DNA from: Eledone cirrhosa
Lineage: Eukaryota
Assembly: GCA_964016885.1 (NCBI GenBank)
Contig: OZ024749.1
Location: 54,188,001 to 54,252,000, forward strand
Length of the DNA stretch: 64,000 nucleotides
Direction of reading: 5' to 3'
Shown: piece by piece, positions 60,635 through 64,000 of the stretch
Layout of the letters: each line of letters starts with the position of its first letter
Numbering within the stretch: position 1 is the first letter of the stretch
Notes under the pieces: model-generated
The model's input: only the letters and a program-made list of their open reading frames with translations
What the model was told of the DNA's origin: nothing
The model's database searches: none
Program-made: the position numbers and the translations under genes

Positions 60635-62724
60635 TATATATAGTATATATATATATATATATATACTATATATATATATACTATATTTATATATATAGTA
60701 TATATATATATATATATATAAACAGGAATATAATATATATTCCAACGTCTGGAAACCAACAAGATAGTATTGTTTAATCGCTAACGAGTGGCATTGATTC
60801 GTTAGTTTCTAATTAATATACAAACACAATGAAAAAATACCTACTTACATACATAGCACTGAGCTTTTCTTGGCGTGAAATTAAAGAATTTCTAACATTC
60901 ATTGATATCTAGGAAACGATAGTTGTTATTTTGAAATTATTTTAACACGCATTTCGCCGCTGGACACCGTCTGAGGAGATTCTTTACTAAGACCTCCAGA
61001 AGATAAACAAAGAAAATAGCAATGTTTGACCAGTAAATAGATAGACATTACATAACAAAGAAACTAAGTAGGTTATTGTGCTGTGTGTAGAAATCAGCAT
61101 GACCATCACACAAGTAGTATTAGCTGATGGCACAGATAAGTATTACACAAACACACACTGATATATATGTATGTGTATATATATGTATATATATATATAT
61201 ATATATAGTATATATATATATACTATATATATATATATATATATATATACTATATATATATATATATATATAGTATATATATATATATATATATACTATA
61301 TATATATAGTATATATATATATAGTATATATATATATATATACTATATATATATAGTATATATATATATAGTATATATATATATAGTATATATATATATA
61401 GTATATATATATATAGTATATATATATATAGTATATATATATATAGTATATATATATATAGTATATATATATAGTATATATATATAGTATATATATATAT
61501 AGTATATATATATATAGTATATATATATATAGTATATATATATATAGTATATATATATATAGTATATATATATATAGTATATATATATATATAGTATATA
61601 TATATATATAGTATATATATATATATAGTATATATATATATATAGTATATATATATAGTATATAGTATATATATAGAATATATATATATATATATATATA
61701 TATAGTATTAGTTAGTATATAGATATATATATATATATACTATATATAGTATATAGATATAAGAGGAAGAAATAAGTGCAAAGGATGGTGGGGGAGGAGT
61801 ATAAGAAGGAAGGATGAGAGAAGAGGGGAGATGGGTGATAGAGAGAGAGAGATAACCTTTACAACTGAGAAAAAAATATATATTGTCTCAGAGAGAGAAA
61901 TTAAAAAGCCGTTGGAAGATAATAGATAATTTAAAAGATTTTGAAATTAAAAGTTAATGAGGTTTATGCATGAAGAAGTTAATGAGGTTTATGCATGAAG
62001 AAAATGGAATTAAGAATAATATTAAATTAAGGTTTGTATATTGAAGGGTTTAATAATATGTGCAAGGAAAAGAATTTATTAATATGTATTATTAAAATAA
62101 AAATATTAATGTTATTAAGGATATAATGTGAAAAGAAGGAGAAGAATGAATGAGTTATGAATTTAGAGGAATTAGTTAGGGTTTAAGTTTGTTTTTATGT
62201 AATTTAATATGTGTACGTAAATAGTTTGTTTAAAATGAGCGCGGAAAGAAAGAAGAATATATATATATATACACTATATAGATATATACACTATATATAT
62301 ATATACAGACTATATATATATATATACTATATATATATATATATACTATATATATATATATATATAATATAATAGAATAATCGAGTATCGGAAAATCAGC
62401 TCACGAATTTACGATAAACAAAATCCGACATGAGTGGCAGAGGGCTCAATAATTCAGATAAATCAGAGCTATAACTATCGTTAAGATACCAACACACAAA
62501 GATTATGCCTAAAATCACCCGTGCAGCCGAAAAATAACGACCAGGAAGATTCAGGTCACTCAGATAAGATATCAATAAATCAATAAATCATATATATATA
62601 TAATATATATATATATACTATATATATATATATATAATATATATATATATAATATATATATATATATAATATATATACTATATATATATATACTATATAT
62701 ATATATATACATATATATATATAC

Positions 62725-62776
<52 letters not shown>

Positions 62777-62789
62777 CATATATATATAC

Positions 62790-62823
<34 letters not shown>

Positions 62824-62865
62824 CATATATATATACTATATATATATATATACATATATATATAC

Positions 62866-62901
<36 letters not shown>

Positions 62902-62951
62902 CATATATATATACATATATATATACTATATACAATATACATATATATCTA

Positions 62952-62989
<38 letters not shown>

Positions 62990-62997
62990 CATATCTA

Positions 62998-63035
<38 letters not shown>

Positions 63036-63238
63036 CATATCTATACATACATATATATATATATATAAATATCTATACATACATATATATATATATATAA
63101 ATATCTATACATACATATATATATATATATATACATATCTATACATACATATATATATATATATAAATATCTATACATACATATATATATATATATAAAT
63201 ATCTATACATACATATATATATATATATATACATATCT

Positions 63239-63269
<31 letters not shown>

Positions 63270-63372
63270 CATATCTATACATACATATATATATATACAT
63301 ATCTATACATATCTATACATACATATATATATATACATATCTATACATACATATATATATATATACATATCT

Positions 63373-63403
<31 letters not shown>

Positions 63404-63410
63404 CATATCT

Positions 63411-63454
<44 letters not shown>

Positions 63455-63490
63455 CTATACATACATATATATATATATATATACATATCT

Positions 63491-63532
<42 letters not shown>

Positions 63533-63686
63533 CTATACATACATATATATATATATATACATATATACATATCTATACATATATATATATACATATCTAT
63601 ACATACATACATATCTATACATATATATATATACATATATATACATATCTATACATACATATATATATATACATATATACATATCT

Positions 63687-63727
<41 letters not shown>

Positions 63728-64000
63728 TACATATCTATACATATACATATACATATATACATATCTATAAATACATATATATATATATATATATATACAT
63801 ATATATATACATATATACATATCTATACATACATATATATATATATATATATACATATATATATACATATATACATATCTATACATACATATATATATAT
63901 ATACATATACACATATCTATACATACATATATATATATATACATATACACATATCTATACATACATATATACATATATATACATACATATATATATATAC
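59720..64000. repeat. Region dominated by (TA)n arrays with single C or G insertions and ATCTATACAT units, with short unique islands
   Basis: direct reading. Confidence 0.9.

Overview
Eukaryotic, very AT-rich, microsatellite-laden genomic DNA. The SINE repertoire and (TA)n/(CA)n load suggest an octopod cephalopod (inference). There is one 200-N scaffold gap at 28180-28379. Nearly all ORF-track entries are repeat artefacts. Two real spliced genes were assembled by hand, arranged tail-to-tail. (1) On the + strand is a 12-exon, 410-aa tubulin (CDS 3165-17746) with zeta-tubulin signatures. Its intron 9 is a textbook minor-spliceosome (U12) AT-AC intron (12103-14598). It also has an upstream RFX X-box, five tandem copies of its start-codon cassette, a decoy duplicate donor after exon 8, and a tandemly duplicated terminal exon whose proximal copy was disrupted by a SINE. 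(2) On the - strand is a CXorf58-family gene (8 solid exons, 27977-21194; first coding exon uncertain). The remaining ~33 kb has no supportable protein-coding gene. It holds tRNA-derived SINEs, LINE fragments, long fold-back inverted repeats, decayed hammerhead-like motifs, minisatellites and kb-scale (TA)-based arrays. Four TTAA-flanked piggyBac-type MITEs lie within the two genes.
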